Shown: positions 10,059 to 25,777 of the stretch, piece by piece
How the letters are laid out: each line of letters starts with the position of its first letter
Numbering within the stretch: position 1 is the stretch's first letter
DNA from: an uncultured Planctomycetaceae bacterium
GTDB taxonomy: Bacteria; Planctomycetota; Planctomycetia; Pirellulales; PALSA-1355
DNA: 64,000 bases
Direction: 5' to 3'
Assembly: GCA_963785305.1 (NCBI GenBank)
Contig: CAWAUV010000005.1
Location: 1-64,000 of the forward strand
Notes under the pieces: generated by a model
What the model saw: the letters and a program-made list of their open reading frames with translations, nothing else
What the model was told of the DNA's origin: nothing
Databases searched by the model: none
Position numbers and translations under genes: made by a program

Positions 10059-11290
10059 TTAAAGATCGAGAATCGGACCGCGGTCTGGGACGGGGCGGGC
10101 GGCGTTCGCGGCCGGAGGATCGGCTGGCCCGGCGCCCCGGGCGGCGGCGGGAACTATAGCCCCTGGAATTCCGGCGGCTGGAACTCCGGCTGGCGGGGCA
10201 GCGGCGGCGGCCGATTCGCCCAAAAGGCCATCGAGCAATTGATCTTCATTGCCGCCAAGCTGCGCGGCACGCGTGAAGAACGGCGCCGAACGGGCCGCTT
10301 CGCCATCGAAGAACAGTTCCATGCCCAAAAGAAACAACACTGTCGCATTGTGGGGCGTCGCTTGCAATGCGATCGCCAACGCTTCGACATGGGCTTGGCG
10401 AGCCGCTTTTTCCGGGCCATAAAGCCGGTCGAGGCGCAAATCGTCGGGCCGCCAGGCGCTCTGCAACTTCAAGCCGCGCCGCATCGCCTTGCCCGCCGAT
10501 TCGTATTGCCCAATCGCCACGAAGACGAAGCCCTCTCGTAAAAAGGTCTCGGCCAAGTCGGGCGCCTGCACGACGGCCGATTTGTAGCGGTCGAGCGCTT
10601 CGCGGTAGCGCTGCCGGGCAAACATTTTGTCGCCCTGATCGATCAGCTTGCCAGCTCGGCGCGGGCCTGGGCATTGGAAACTCGCACTTTCCGCGTGCGC
10701 GGCGCGGAAGCATCGTCGGGCGCCATGCCGGCGCCTCCCGGAGCGCCGCCAACCGCGCCCCCCGCCGCCATGGGTTGAGCTCCGCCGAGCATTTGCTGGA
10801 TCGGCCGCGGACCAAACATCGCTCCGGCCGGCGCTACCGCCACCGTGGGCACGAAGCCGACCAGCGGCGAATAGGGCAGACCATAATAGGCCGACGGCAA
10901 GACGCCATAGTATCCCACGCCGCCATAGCCCAGCGTGCCGTAGCCCAAACCGCCGTAACCATAGCCGCCGTAACCATAGCCGCCATAGCCATAGCGGTTA
11001 TAGCCGTAACCGCCGTAGCCGTAGCCACCATTGCCATAGCCGCCATCGGAATATGAGCGGGACTCGTCGATCGTGGTGTTGTTGACCGTGGTTTGGTTCA
11101 CCACCACCCCGCCGCCACCCGCCGACACCGGGGCGGTCACGACCTCTCCGACCCGCACCGGGCCCATCACGCCCGGGTGATGCATCGCGGGCCCAATGGC
11201 CACATGGCCGGCATGATGCTGCGCCACGGCCGCGGCGCCGGGCAGGCTCGCGGCAATTGCGAGGAGCGCGCGTGAGAAGGCTGGCCGCAT
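10059..11290 (-). CDS. Secreted protein with Gly/Tyr-rich low-complexity region and C-terminal TPR domain (frameshift near 10640)
   Basis: Signal peptide MRPAFSRALLAIAASLPGAAAVA; GYG repeats; TPR-like FARQRYREALDRYKSAVVQAPDLAE...IGQYESA. Confidence 0.7.
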
Positions 11291-11525
11291 ATAAGAGTCC
11301 TTCCACGAAACAAACTCGCTCCCGGCGTCTCCCCAGCATGCATTATCGGATTTGCGAACCAATAAACAAGCGTGGCATATGCTGACAAACCCGCCAGGAT
11401 CGGAGCCCCCATTTGGCTGGCGACGAACCGGTTTGCTTGGCGGCGGCGTTTTTTGGCGGGCCGAAGGCGTGTTTTGACGCGGCCGCGGGCGCCATCGGGC
11501 GGAAGCCAGCGCCCGGCATTCGCCA

Positions 11526-11558
11526 CCTCACCCGACCCTCTCCCAAACGGAGAGGGGG
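11526..11558. repeat. REP-like element, copy 2
   Basis: CCTCACCCGACCCTCTCCCAAACGGAGAGGGGG. Confidence 0.7.
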
Positions 11559-11575
11559 AGTTGTCGGATAGGCCC

Positions 11576-12499
11576 TTACTGGCTGGCTTGATCAAACGAC
11601 GAGCGGCAATTGGATTCGTCGTCGGGTTCGAGTTGAATGGTGCTGTGTTCGATGCGAAACCGCTGCCGGAGCAGGTCGCCAATCGCCTTGAGCGCCACTT
11701 CGGGCGCATGGCCGGCCGCCAAAGTCACATGGGCCGAAAGCGACTCCAAACCGCCGGTGATCGTCCAGACATGCAAATCATGCACACCGCAAATGCCCGG
11801 CAATTCGAGCATCGCCTCGCGCACATGTTCGATTTCGATATGCGGAGGCGTGCGTTCCATGAGAATATTGATCGCGTCGCACAAGAGCGACCATGACGAA
11901 TAAATGACCAGCAGTCCGATCAGAATCGAGGCCACCGGATCGGCCCACTCCCACCCAAAGCGCCAAACAAGGGCGCCGGCCACCAGCGCCGCGAGGCTGC
12001 CCAGGGCGTCGGTCATGAGATGCAGCCAGGCGCCGCGAATATTGAGACTCTGATCGCGTCCGCCATGCAGAATGAACAGTCCGGCGGTATTCACGGCCAG
12101 CCCGCCGAGGGCGATTCCAATCATCACCGGCCCCACCACCGCATGGGGCGAATTCAACCGCCCCAGGGCTTCGACACAAATAAACAGCGAGATGCCGACA
12201 AGCGTTGCCCCGTTGGCCAGCGCCGCGAGAATCTCGGCCCGGTAGTAGCCGTAGCTATGCTCGGGGGTGGCCGGGCGTTGGGCGATCCAGATTGCGAACA
12301 AGCTCAATCCGAGCGCGGCGGCGTCGGAAAGCATGTGGCCGGCGTCGGCCATCAGGGCCAACGAATCGCTCATCCAGCCGCCGATCGCCTCGGCGAACAT
12401 ATAGAGCGTGGTGAGCACGAGCGTGGCGGCCAGCCGACCGCGATTGCGGCCGCGCTGTTCCGAATGGCCCGGAGCGTGATGATGGCAATGGTCGTGCAT
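11576..12499 (-). CDS. Cation diffusion facilitator (CzcD/ZitB-like Zn/Co/Cd exporter)
   Basis: His-rich N-terminus, SLALMADAGHMLSD, HLMTDALGS, HDLHVW, HSTIQLE. Confidence 0.93.
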   Translation of the reverse strand: MHDHCHHHAPGHSEQRGRNRGRLAATLVLTTLYMFAEAIGGWMSDSLALMADAGHMLSDAAALGLSLFAIWIAQRPATPEHSYGYYRAEILAALANGATLVGISLFICVEALGRLNSPHAVVGPVMIGIALGGLAVNTAGLFILHGGRDQSLNIRGAWLHLMTDALGSLAALVAGALVWRFGWEWADPVASILIGLLVIYSSWSLLCDAINILMERTPPHIEIEHVREAMLELPGICGVHDLHVWTITGGLESLSAHVTLAAGHAPEVALKAIGDLLRQRFRIEHSTIQLEPDDESNCRSSFDQASQ

Positions 12500-12547
12500 G
12501 ATGGAGTCGCGCGCCGGGAGGCATGTCCGGGGATCGGCCGCGGTTCG

Positions 12548-13702
12548 TCAGGGGTTTGCCGCGGGGCTGGGCGCGGGCAAGAACTGGGTGGTAAACGCGC
12601 CTCGCGGATCGGCGTCGCGCGCCTTCAATTGGCCACATTCCACGAGCTGCTCGGCCAGAGTTTGCCAGCGCTCGGCCGTCATTTGGCCCAAGCGATTCCA
12701 AGCGGCGTCGGACTCGGCGGCGGCGGGGCTCGCCTCGCCCGTCGCGCAGGCCAAGCGCCAGCGGACGAATCGCGCCGGCGCCGAATTCGAGCGAGGCAAG
12801 GTCCATCCCCGGGTTCAGCGCATGGATGCGGCGGTTCGTCGTCTCGGCCGCGACATGGTCTTGCAAATAGCGACGCCAGCCCGCGACGCTGGCCGCCACC
12901 ATTTTTCGCACCAGTTCGGGCCGCGAAGCGATCGTTCGCTCGTTGGTAATCAGCACGCTCGTATAGGGATTGAACCCGAGGTCGGCGAGCATCAGGTTTT
13001 CGGGATCGCCGCCTTGGCGCTCGGCCACGAACGGCTCGCTAAAGACATAGGCCTGCTGGGCATAATTCGGGTCGCGGAGGAACATCACCACGTTGCCGGT
13101 GTAGGGAACGATCCGCACGTTCGTGAGCGGGACTTTCGGCGCAGATAGGCCGAGAAGGCGAGGGAATTCGACATTGCCAGCGTGATGTTTTTGATGTCGT
13201 CGAACGAGCGAATCCCGGAGGCTCGATGCACCATGATCGAGCGCGGGCTGGTTTGCATCGGCGCCATCACGGCCACGACCGGGGCTTGTTGAGCCCGAGC
13301 CAGCAGCACATTGTCGGCGTTGGACACGCCGAAGTCGACATCGCCCCGGGCCACACGCTGCGCCACCGGCGACTCGGGGCCGCCGGGGAGGATCGTCACC
13401 TCGAGCCCTTCGGCGGCGAAGAGCTTCTCTACCTCGGCCGTGTAGAATCCGCCATGCTCCGCCTCGGGAAACCAATTGAGCAGCAGTGTGACATGCTCGC
13501 GGTGTTTGTTTTCGCCGCCCGCTGAGTCCGCTTGCGCATCGGCTTCGGCCGAACCGCGCTGCCCGCGACCAGCGACTTGGCCGCAGCCGGCAAATTGCAC
13601 GCAGGCGGCGATTGCGAATGAAAACGCGGCCAGGAGCCGCGCAAGCCTTCGCGGCCGTGCGCCGGGCCCCCTCGGCGGGCAAGGCGATAATGGCAGCATC
13701 AA
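12548..13702 (-). CDS. ABC transporter substrate-binding protein, NMT1/THI5-like (frameshifted)
   Basis: LLLNWFPEAEHGGFYTA, ILPGGP, QQAYVFSEPF, GFNPYTSVLIT, GQMTAERWQTL spread over three frames. Confidence 0.8.
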
Positions 13703-14589
13703 GGTTTCTCCTGGCGGTCCATGACCTCTTCGCGCGGCGAATATCGCCAGCGAAGCAGCAAGACCGAGCCCACGAAACTGGCGGCGGTGAACATGCCCAC
13801 GCCCAAGAGCGTCGAACAGCCGACTGCGGCGAACAGCAAATCCATCTTCAATTGGTGGCTCGCCAGTGTAATCACATAACCGAGCGCGTGCGAGCCGCCA
13901 TCATAGCCGATAAAGAATTCGCCCACGATGGCGCCAATCACCGCCAGGCCGCACGAAGTCTTCGCGGCGGTCACCACATAGGGCAGCGCATGCGGCAGGC
14001 GAAGTTTCCAGAGCGTTTGCAATCGCGAGGCATTATGCAGCGTGAATAGTTCGACAAGCGGGCTGTCGATCAGTGTCAGGCCGGCGCTCGCGCCGGCGAT
14101 GATCGGAAACAAGCTCACCATGAGCGACACCACCAGCACACTGCGAAATCCGTAGCCTAGCCACACGACGATGATCGGCGCCACGGCAACGACCGGCACG
14201 GTTTGCAGAAAAATCGCATAGGGATAAACCGCGCGTTCGAGGACCTTTGACTGCGAAAACAACATCGCAAGCAACATCCCCACCACGAGGCTGAGCCCAA
14301 AGCCAGAGAGCGACGCTTCGGCCGTGAGCCAGGTAGCCCTCGCCAGTTCCTCGCGATTTTCCCAAGCGGCGGCGAAGACCTGGGTCGGACGCGGCAGCAA
14401 ATACTTTTCGATTTGCCAATAAACGCAAGCGCCCTGCCAAGCGCAGAGCACGATTGCGAACAGCGCCACCGGCGGCGCCAGGGACCCGAGGAGCGACGCC
14501 GTGCTTGAAAATCGCGAGCCCGCGCCGCGCCGGCCAGCGCGAGTCGAACTCGCGAGCGGTGAATCGTGCTCGGCGCGAATCGGCTTCAT
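13699..14589 (-). CDS. ABC transporter permease (NitT/TauT family)
   Basis: LLPRPTQV, FLQTVPVVAVAP, KLRLPHALP, IGAIVGEF. Confidence 0.9.
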   Translation of the reverse strand: MKPIRAEHDSPLASSTRAGRRGAGSRFSSTASLLGSLAPPVALFAIVLCAWQGACVYWQIEKYLLPRPTQVFAAAWENREELARATWLTAEASLSGFGLSLVVGMLLAMLFSQSKVLERAVYPYAIFLQTVPVVAVAPIIVVWLGYGFRSVLVVSLMVSLFPIIAGASAGLTLIDSPLVELFTLHNASRLQTLWKLRLPHALPYVVTAAKTSCGLAVIGAIVGEFFIGYDGGSHALGYVITLASHQLKMDLLFAAVGCSTLLGVGMFTAASFVGSVLLLRWRYSPREEVMDRQEKP

Positions 14590-15359
14590 GCATGGGCCCT
14601 CTTGAGCGCCGCCTGGGCCTGACCGACGATCTCGGCATACGACGCTTCGCCGCGCAAGCGATCATCGCGACGCTGGCCGAGCGGCGCCATGATCTCGGCC
14701 GCAATCCGGCCCGGACGCGACGTCATCACGAGCACTCGCTGGCTTAGGAACACTGCCTCGGCGATGTTGTGGGTGACGAAAATCGCGGTCCAGCCGCGGT
14801 CGGCCCACAATCGCTGCAGCTCCTCGTTGAGCCGGCCGCGCGAAATATCATCGAGCGCCGCGAATGGTTCATCGAGCAGAAGAAGATGCGGATCGGTCGC
14901 CAGCGCCCGGGCCAGCGCCACGCGCATGCGCATGCCGCCCGAAAGCTCGCGCGGAAAGCGATGGGCAAAGTCGGCGAGGCCCACGAGCTCGAGTCCGCGC
15001 TCGATGCTTGCCTTGCGTTCGGCTCGCGGCGAGCCTTGCAGTTCGAGCGGCAGTCCGATATTGCCGGCCACGGTGCGCCAGGGGAGCAGGGTGGCGTCTT
15101 GAAACACAAACGAGATTCTCGTGCCCGCGCGTCGCGCTTCGGCCGGACGCTGGCCCGAGATTTCAATGCGCCCCGCCGAGGGCTCGATGAGCCCGGCGAC
15201 GAGCCGCAAGAGCGTCGACTTGCCGCACCCCGAGGGACCGACGACGGAAAGGAACTGCCCGCGCGGAATCGCCAGATCGATGTCGACGAGCGCCCGCACG
15301 CCGCCCGCATAACTCGCCGCGAGCGCTTCGGTTCTGATGAGTGTCGAATCATCAGCCAC
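14586..15359 (-). CDS. ABC transporter ATP-binding protein (NitT/TauT family)
   Basis: GPSGCGKST, LSGGMRMRVALARAL, LLLDEPFAALD; probable GTG start at 15359. Confidence 0.92.
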   Translation of the reverse strand: MADDSTLIRTEALAASYAGGVRALVDIDLAIPRGQFLSVVGPSGCGKSTLLRLVAGLIEPSAGRIEISGQRPAEARRAGTRISFVFQDATLLPWRTVAGNIGLPLELQGSPRAERKASIERGLELVGLADFAHRFPRELSGGMRMRVALARALATDPHLLLLDEPFAALDDISRGRLNEELQRLWADRGWTAIFVTHNIAEAVFLSQRVLVMTSRPGRIAAEIMAPLGQRRDDRLRGEASYAEIVGQAQAALKRAHA

Positions 15360-15428
15360 GCACGTGGCCTCCCGGAGGTCTGGACAAACGATAGCTCCCG
15401 CGAGAACCAGTAGAACGGCTCGCGAGAT

Positions 15429-15455
15429 ATAAAAAAAGCCGCCCGAAGGCGGCTT
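15429..15455 (-). terminator. Intrinsic terminator after rpoC
   Basis: Minus strand AAGCCGCC-TTCG-GGCGGC-TTTTTTT. Confidence 0.9.
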
Positions 15456-15495
15456 GGGAACAGGGTTCGTCGTTCTCGGCGCCGAGCGCGGGCGA

Positions 15496-18400
15496 TCATT
15501 CGTCGTCGCCCGGCGGTTTGTCTCCGCCACCGAGCAGCGCTTCGAGCGCGCTTTGGCCGGCCGACTTGGCTTGGCCGCCGGTAGCCGGAGCGTCTTCCAC
15601 CGTTTCCAAAAGCGGGAAGCTGCGAGCGAGCACCCGGTCTTTCTCGGCCGCGAGGGCCTCGAGCGCCTGGGGACGAATGCGAACTTCGCCGTCTTGGAAG
15701 GTCTTGAAGCCGGTGCCGGCCGGGATCAAGTGGCCCAGGATCACGTTTTCCTTGAGGCCCACGAGATTGTCCACCTTGCCGGCCAGGGCCGCTTCGGTGA
15801 GCACTTTGGTGGTCTCTTGGAAGCTGGCGGCCGAGATAAAGCTCGAACTCTGCACCGCGGCCTTGGTAATGCCCAAAAGCTGGGTGCTGGCGGTCGAGCT
15901 CTTCGGCTTCACGCCCTTGCAGGGAGTTCCGCCGAGGGCTTCGATCTGGGCGTTGGTCTGCTCGATCACGTCCTTGGGCACGATCGAGCCTTCGCTAAAG
16001 TCGCTGTCGCCCTTGTGCGAAATCTTCAGACTCTTCGCGAGCGATTCGTTGGCCGAGCGGAACTCGAACTTATCAAGCACGCTGCCGGGCAATAGGGTGG
16101 TATCGCCTGGGTCTTCGATCTTCACCTTGCGCAGCATCTGGGCCACGATGATCTCGATATGCTTGTCGTCGATCTCGACGCGCTGGCTGCGGTACACATT
16201 CTGAATCTCGCGGGTGAGATACTGCTGCACCGCCTCCTCGCCGCTGATGCGGAGGATGTCGTGCGGGACCAGCGGGCCATCGACCAGCGCTTCGCCGGCT
16301 CGCACGAAGTCGCCGGCATGCACCCGCAAGTGCTTGCCATGCGCCACCAGATGCTCGCGCTCGATGCCGCTTTCGCTCTTCACGATGATGGTGCGCTTGC
16401 CGCGGCGCTTTTCGCCCAACAGCTCGACCACGCCATCGATCTCGGCGATGACGGCCGGCTCCTTCGGCTTGCGCGCCTCGAAGATTTCCGTCACCCGCGG
16501 CAGACCACCAGTGATGTCCTGGGTGCCCGAGACTTCGCGCGGGGTCTTGGCGAGCAGCGTTCCGGCGGTGATATGCTGGCCCTCGGTGACTTCGATATTC
16601 GCCTTTTCGGGCAAGTAGTAGAAGTCGAGGATTTTGCCATCCGGCGCTTCGAGCACCACCTGCGGATGGAAGTCGCCCTTGTGCTCCATGATGATCCGGC
16701 GCTGGTGACCGCTGACGTCTTTTTCCATGCGCATCGTCTCGCCCTGGACCACGTCTTCGTAGCGGACCTTGCCGCCCACTTCGGCGAGAATGGGAATGCT
16801 GTGCGGATCCCACTGGCAGAGCACGGCGCCTTGCTTGATTTCTTGGTTTTCCTCGACCAAAAGATTCGAGCCGGCCGGCACTTCGTATTTTTCCAGTTCG
16901 CGGCCCTTGGGATCGGTGATGAGAATTTCACCGTTGCGCGTGAGCACCACGCGTTCGCCGGCGTCGTTCTTCACGACCTTCAGGCGGGCGTATTTCACGA
17001 TACCGCCCTTCTTGGTCTTGATTTCGCTCTCTTCCATGGCGCGAGCCGCCGTGCCACCGATGTGGAATGTGCGCATCGTGAGCTGGGTGCCCGGCTCGCC
17101 GATGCTCTGGGCCGCGATGATGCCCACGGCCATGCCTTCCTCCACCATCGAGCCGGTCGAGTGATCCATGCCGTAGCAGCGGCGACACACTCCCAGCGGA
17201 GCGTCGCACACCATCGGGCTGCGAACCTGAATCTTTTCCAGGCCGAGATCCTCGATCCGCCGGGCGATCTTGAGCGTGATCATCTCGCTTTCGCGCACAA
17301 TCACTTCGTCGGTGATCGGGTTCGCGATATTCGTGCGGCTCACGCGACCGCGAATCGAATCGGCCAGACGCACTTCCACCTTTTCACCCCGATAGATCAC
17401 ACCCTTGGTGATGCCCTGGGTGGTCCCGCAGTCTTCGATCGTGATCACCACGTTCTGCGCCACATCGGCCAGCTTGCGGGTCAGATAACCGGAGTCGGCC
17501 GTCTTGAGCGCCGTGTCGGCCAAGCCTTTGCGGGCGCCGTGCGTGGAGCTGAAATATTCAAGCACCGAGAGGCCCTCGCGGAAGTTGGCCTTGATCGGAG
17601 TCTCGATGATCTTGCCCGAGGGCTTGGCCATCAGACCACGCATGCCGGCCAATTGGCGAATCTGCTCGACGCCGCCACGGGCGCCGGAGTGGGCCATCAG
17701 GTAGATCGGGTTCACATAGCCCGGTCGCCGATAGTCGTTTTCATGCTCGGCCATCATCTCGGTCGTGATCCGCTCGCGGGCATGCGTCCAGGCGTCAAGC
17801 ACTTGGTTGTAACGCTCGCCCTCGGTGATGATGCCGCGCTGGTAGAGCTTATTCTTCTTGATGACCTCGCGCTCGGCGTCTTGAATGATGCGGCCCTTGC
17901 TGGGCGGCGTAATCAGATCGTCGGTGGCGAAGGACAGGCCGCTCCGCGTGCTGGAGCGGAAGCCGAGCTGGTTCATGTCGTCGAGCAAGTCGATCGTGGC
18001 CCGGCGGCCGAGCAACTGGTAGCAGTCGGAAATCACGCGGGCTAGCTCGCTCGAACGCATCGGGATGTTGTAGAAAAACATCTTGTTCGGCAGCGTCATG
18101 TTGAACAGCACGCGGCCAACCGTGGTCTCGATCAGTTCGCCCGGCTTGGTTTCGTTGTCGCTCTTGAGCCGGCGCGTGCTCGGCAGACGCACGCGAATGC
18201 GGGCATGCGTGTCGACGGCGCCTTGCGAATAGGCGAGTTGCACTTCGTCGAGCGAGGAGAAGATCATTCCCTCGCCGCGGCGGCCGGGCGGAAGCGACAT
18301 CGTGATGTAGTAGCAACCCATGACCACGTCCTGCGAGGGACTGATGATCGGGGCGCCGTTCGAGGGGCTGAAGATGTTGTTGGTCGACATCATCAACGTG

Positions 18401-19857
18401 TGCGCTTCGACCTGGGCCTCGATCGACAGCGGCAGGTGAACGGCCATCTGGTCGCCATCGAAGTCGGCGTTGAAGCCCTTGCACACCAGCGGATGCAGCT
18501 TGATCGCATTGCCCTCGACCAACGTCGGCTCGAAGGCTTGAATGCCCATGCGGTGCAGCGTCGGCGCACGGTTCAGCAACACGGGATGGTTGCGGATCAC
18601 CTCTTCGAGGATATCCCACACCTCCTCGTCCTTGCGCTCGAGCATCTTCTTGGCGCTCTTGATCGTGTCGGCGTGGCCGAGATCCTTGAGGCGGCGAATG
18701 ATGAACGGCTGGAAGAGCTCGAGCGCGATCTTCTTCGGCAGACCGCACTGATGCAGTCGCAAATACGGACCGACCACGATCACGCTGCGGGCCGAGTAGT
18801 CGACTCGCTTGCCGAGCAGGTTTTCCCGGAAGCGGCCCTGCTTGCCCTTGATCATGTCGGTGAGCGACTTCAACGGACGATTACTCGAGCCGAGCACCGG
18901 CCGCTTGCAGCGATTGTTGTCGAAGAGCGCGTCGACCGACTGTTGGAGCATTCGCTTTTCATTGCGAATGATTACCTCCGGCGCATTGAGATCGACCAGC
19001 TTCTTGAGCCGATTGTTGCGGTTGATGATGCGGCGATAGAGGTCGTTCAGGTCGCTCGTGGCGAAGTTGCCCGAATCGAGCAGCACCAGCGGACGCAAAT
19101 CCGGAGGAATCACCGGAATCACGTCGAGCACCATCCATTCCGGCTTGTTATCGCTGTCGCGAATCGACTCGACGATCTTGAGCCGGTTGATCAGGTCCTT
19201 GGCCTTCTGCTTCGAGCCGGTCTCGACCAGCTCTTGCCGCAGCTCGCGGGAGAGCGTGACCAGGTCCAGGTCTTGCAGCAGCTTGCGCACCGCGTCGGCG
19301 CCCATGTCGGCCTCGAACGCGCCTTCGCCGTATTGTTCGCGGGCCGTGCGATATTCGTCTTCGGTAAGCAACTGTTGCTTCTTGAGCGCGGTTGCGCCGG
19401 GGTTCGTGACGACATAGTCCTGGAAGTAGATTACTTTTTCCAGGCTCGTGGTCTTCATCGCGAGGAGATTGCCGAGCCGGCTGGGCATGGCCTTGAAGAA
19501 CCAGATATGCACGACCGGCGCGGCGAGCTCGATATGGCCCATGCGCTTGCGGCGCACGCGGCTGTGGGTCACCTTCACCCCGCAGCGATCGCAGATCATG
19601 CCCTTGTATTTCATGCCGCGGTACTTGCCGCACGCGCATTCCCAGTCTTTCTCCGGTCCGAAGATGCGCTCGCAGAAGAGCCCGTCTTTTTCGGGTCGGT
19701 AGGTGCGGTAGTTGATCGTCTCGGGTTTCTTGACCTCGCCAAACGACCAACTGCGAATGTCGTGTGGACGGGCCAGGCTGATCTTGACCGATGTGTAGTC
19801 GTTGATCCGATCGTACGAGCTTTCGCCCATGTTGCCGCTGCTGTTGCTGCTGCTCAC
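15496..19857 (-). CDS. rpoC: RNA polymerase beta' subunit
   Basis: [10 protein letters not shown]-terminal Zn ribbon, NADFDGD, LISAASF-like [11 protein letters not shown]; 1453 aa intact. Confidence 0.99.
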   Translation of the reverse strand: MSSSNSSGNMGESSYDRINDYTSVKISLARPHDIRSWSFGEVKKPETINYRTYRPEKDGLFCERIFGPEKDWECACGKYRGMKYKGMICDRCGVKVTHSRVRRKRMGHIELAAPVVHIWFFKAMPSRLGNLLAMKTTSLEKVIYFQDYVVTNPGATALKKQQLLTEDEYRTAREQYGEGAFEADMGADAVRKLLQDLDLVTLSRELRQELVETGSKQKAKDLINRLKIVESIRDSDNKPEWMVLDVIPVIPPDLRPLVLLDSGNFATSDLNDLYRRIINRNNRLKKLVDLNAPEVIIRNEKRMLQQSVDALFDNNRCKRPVLGSSNRPLKSLTDMIKGKQGRFRENLLGKRVDYSARSVIVVGPYLRLHQCGLPKKIALELFQPFIIRRLKDLGHADTIKSAKKMLERKDEEVWDILEEVIRNHPVLLNRAPTLHRMGIQAFEPTLVEGNAIKLHPLVCKGFNADFDGDQMAVHLPLSIEAQVEAHTLMMSTNNIFSPSNGAPIISPSQDVVMGCYYITMSLPPGRRGEGMIFSSLDEVQLAYSQGAVDTHARIRVRLPSTRRLKSDNETKPGELIETTVGRVLFNMTLPNKMFFYNIPMRSSELARVISDCYQLLGRRATIDLLDDMNQLGFRSSTRSGLSFATDDLITPPSKGRIIQDAEREVIKKNKLYQRGIITEGERYNQVLDAWTHARERITTEMMAEHENDYRRPGYVNPIYLMAHSGARGGVEQIRQLAGMRGLMAKPSGKIIETPIKANFREGLSVLEYFSSTHGARKGLADTALKTADSGYLTRKLADVAQNVVITIEDCGTTQGITKGVIYRGEKVEVRLADSIRGRVSRTNIANPITDEVIVRESEMITLKIARRIEDLGLEKIQVRSPMVCDAPLGVCRRCYGMDHSTGSMVEEGMAVGIIAAQSIGEPGTQLTMRTFHIGGTAARAMEESEIKTKKGGIVKYARLKVVKNDAGERVVLTRNGEILITDPKGRELEKYEVPAGSNLLVEENQEIKQGAVLCQWDPHSIPILAEVGGKVRYEDVVQGETMRMEKDVSGHQRRIIMEHKGDFHPQVVLEAPDGKILDFYYLPEKANIEVTEGQHITAGTLLAKTPREVSGTQDITGGLPRVTEIFEARKPKEPAVIAEIDGVVELLGEKRRGKRTIIVKSESGIEREHLVAHGKHLRVHAGDFVRAGEALVDGPLVPHDILRISGEEAVQQYLTREIQNVYRSQRVEIDDKHIEIIVAQMLRKVKIEDPGDTTLLPGSVLDKFEFRSANESLAKSLKISHKGDSDFSEGSIVPKDVIEQTNAQIEALGGTPCKGVKPKSSTASTQLLGITKAAVQSSSFISAASFQETTKVLTEAALAGKVDNLVGLKENVILGHLIPAGTGFKTFQDGEVRIRPQALEALAAEKDRVLARSFPLLETVEDAPATGGQAKSAGQSALEALLGGGDKPPGDDE

Positions 19858-20061
19858 GCTCCAACCTCCTCGTCGTAGTGCCCGTGGGACGAATTGCTCC
19901 TGCCCGCCGCCGAATCCCGCCGCTCAAACGCGCCGCCCAGACCCATCACTCGCATGTCGCCGCTTAACATTCCGCCGTGGGGCGTCGCCAAAAATTGCCC
20001 CCCGCCCGCGCCGCCGAATCTCGCCGCGACGGCACGCGCTCGGCCCGCGCTCGGCCCGCCT

Positions 20062-23766
<3,705 letters not shown>

Positions 23767-24173
23767 GGAGTGCTCCTGAAAATGAATGCCTATTGACGAC
23801 CGTCGACGGCCCGGCTATTGAATCCGCTGAACGTGAATCCGCTGAACGACGCGGGACTGGTGAAAAGCGCCGTCGTGGCGCCGCCCAACCGCGAGTTTTC
23901 AACCGCGCGCTTCGCGACGAATTTCACGACCCCGCCACGCGCGAAGCAAGGTTCCGCCGATGAACAAGTTCGCGCGCACGGAGCACGCCATGTCGACCAA
24001 TTAGCCGCGATTCGCGTCACGCGGCCGAGAAGTTCGCGCAGCGCCCCACCCACCAACATCCGGCGTGACGGCTGTGCGAAACAGTGCTGGGTCAAAGAAT
24101 ACTCTCTTGCGGGCCAAGCAGCGCCGGCGGACCAATCGCATCGCCGGCGCAACGGCGAAAGCGAGGGTCCGTC

Positions 24174-24202
24174 AGTATAACGCTTCTTGCGACTGCTATC
24201 AA
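24174..24202 (-). promoter_or_regulatory. Near-consensus sigma70 promoter for rpoBC (TTGATA-N17-TATACT)
   Basis: Minus strand TTGATA GCAGTCGCAAGAAGCGT TATACT in the rplL-rpoB intergenic region. Confidence 0.7.
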
Positions 24203-24577
24203 ATGCCGAGCCAATTCGGGGGGCCGGAAAATCGAATTCACACGGCCCGGGGGCCCGCGAGGCCGCGCCGGTGGCCCCGAGGGCCAACCGGCCACCTTGC
24301 CTGCCCCAGGGGCAACAATCCGCCCAGGTCGACAGGCGATCGTCCGGCGCGGATTGCTTGGTTTCGCTAAAAAACCCCGCAATCCTAGGTCCGAATGAGC
24401 GTTTTCCCTGTGCGACCGAAACAAATACCCGCGTGCGTTCGGACTCTCCCGGAAGGCGATTCCGGCCTGCAAAAGTTCGCTCGCGGGGGCCGGTCGCGCG
24501 GGCGATGAATCGCACGCCGAAACCGCGCCCTGCGCGATCGTTCTTGCAAGCCGGACCCATCGCGCCCGGCTCCGACA

Positions 24578-24991
24578 CTACTTGATCGAAACCGTGGCGC
24601 CGGCTTCCTCGAGCTCTTTCTTGATCTTGTCGGCCTCTTCCTTCGAGACGTTTTCCTTGACCTTGCTGGGAACGCCTTCGACCAGGTCCTTGGCCTCTTT
24701 CAGGCCGAGCGCCGTGATTGCGCGAATCACCTTGATCACGCCGATCTTCTTGTCGCCGAAGCCTTCGAGCATGACGGTGAATTCGGTTTGGGCCTCGGCC
24801 ACGGGGGCCGCGCCGCTGCCATCGCCGCTCGGGGCCGCCATCATCACCGCGCCGCCCGCGGCGGGCTTGATGCCGTGGACATGCTCGAGGTAATCGCTCA
24901 ACTCCTTGGCCTGCTTGAGCGTAAGCGCGACGATCTTGTCGCCCATTTCCTTGGTCGGGGCCGAATACTCAATGGTTGCCGTGTCGGACAT
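24578..24991 (-). CDS. rplL: 50S ribosomal protein L7/L12
   Basis: [25 protein letters not shown]...[11 protein letters not shown]. Confidence 0.98.
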   Translation of the reverse strand: MSDTATIEYSAPTKEMGDKIVALTLKQAKELSDYLEHVHGIKPAAGGAVMMAAPSGDGSGAAPVAEAQTEFTVMLEGFGDKKIGVIKVIRAITALGLKEAKDLVEGVPSKVKENVSKEEADKIKKELEEAGATVSIK

Positions 24992-25162
24992 GGTCTCTTT
25001 CCTTTCTCACTAGCCGAGGCTCGGGCCAACGTGGTCCCGGCGCCCGCTCTGGTTCGCAATGACAAATTACCGCTAATTCAAATCGAGCGCCGCGGACAAT
25101 CCAGGGCGCCTAAAAGACGTTTCCAAGAACGATTCGCTCGCTGGCGAGCTTCAAAAGCGATT

Positions 25163-25773
25163 TCAACCGGCGCTGGCTTCGGGGGCGCTGGCTTCGGGGG
25201 CGCTGCCTTCAGCGGCCGCGGGGCTCTCGCCGCTCGCTGCTTCAGCCTCGCCGCCGGCCTCGCCTTCGCCGATTTGCTTGATCTGGCTAGCCAGGGCGCC
25301 CCCGCGCTGGTGAGCTGACTGGCGAGCATCGCGCCCGGCGAGAGAATCTGACCGAGCAAAATGCTGAGCTGCTCTTCCCGGCTCGGCCACTTGCTCACGA
25401 GCTTGATGTCGGCGGCCGACACCGCGGCGCCATCGACCACGCCGCCCTTCGGCTCGAGCTGGGCATATTGCTTTTCCGACGTGACCTTGACGAGTTCCTT
25501 GGCCAGCGACACCACGTCGTTCGAGCCCCAGACCAGGGCCAACATGCCGGCCGGATTCTCGAACGCCGGGGCGAGCACCGTGCCCTCGCAGGCCCGGCGG
25601 CCAAGGCTGTTCTTGATCATCACCATTTGAATGTTTTTCTCGCGCAGCTCGCCGCGAAGCTTGCTGTTGGTCACGCCGTCCATGCCGACCATGCTCACGA
25701 GGAACAGGTCGTTCACGCCTTTGAGACGATTCTTCAGATGGTCGGTCACGAGTTGCTTGACGAATTTGCTCAT
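25163..25773 (-). CDS. rplJ: 50S ribosomal protein L10 (frameshift near 25300)
   Basis: LRGELREK...KNSLGRRA...WPSREEQLS; C-terminus GALASQIKQIGEG.. lies in ORF 25163..25390; syntenic position. Confidence 0.92.
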
Positions 25774-25777
25774 CGTT

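Noticed and set aside
15360..15430. TPP or FMN riboswitch before the THI5-like ABC operon
   Set aside because: Gap is too short and contains no conserved aptamer motifs
23790..24578. 262-aa ORF between rplL and rpoB
   Set aside because: Arg/Ala/Gly-rich composition typical of non-coding GC-rich DNA, and it overlaps a clear promoter
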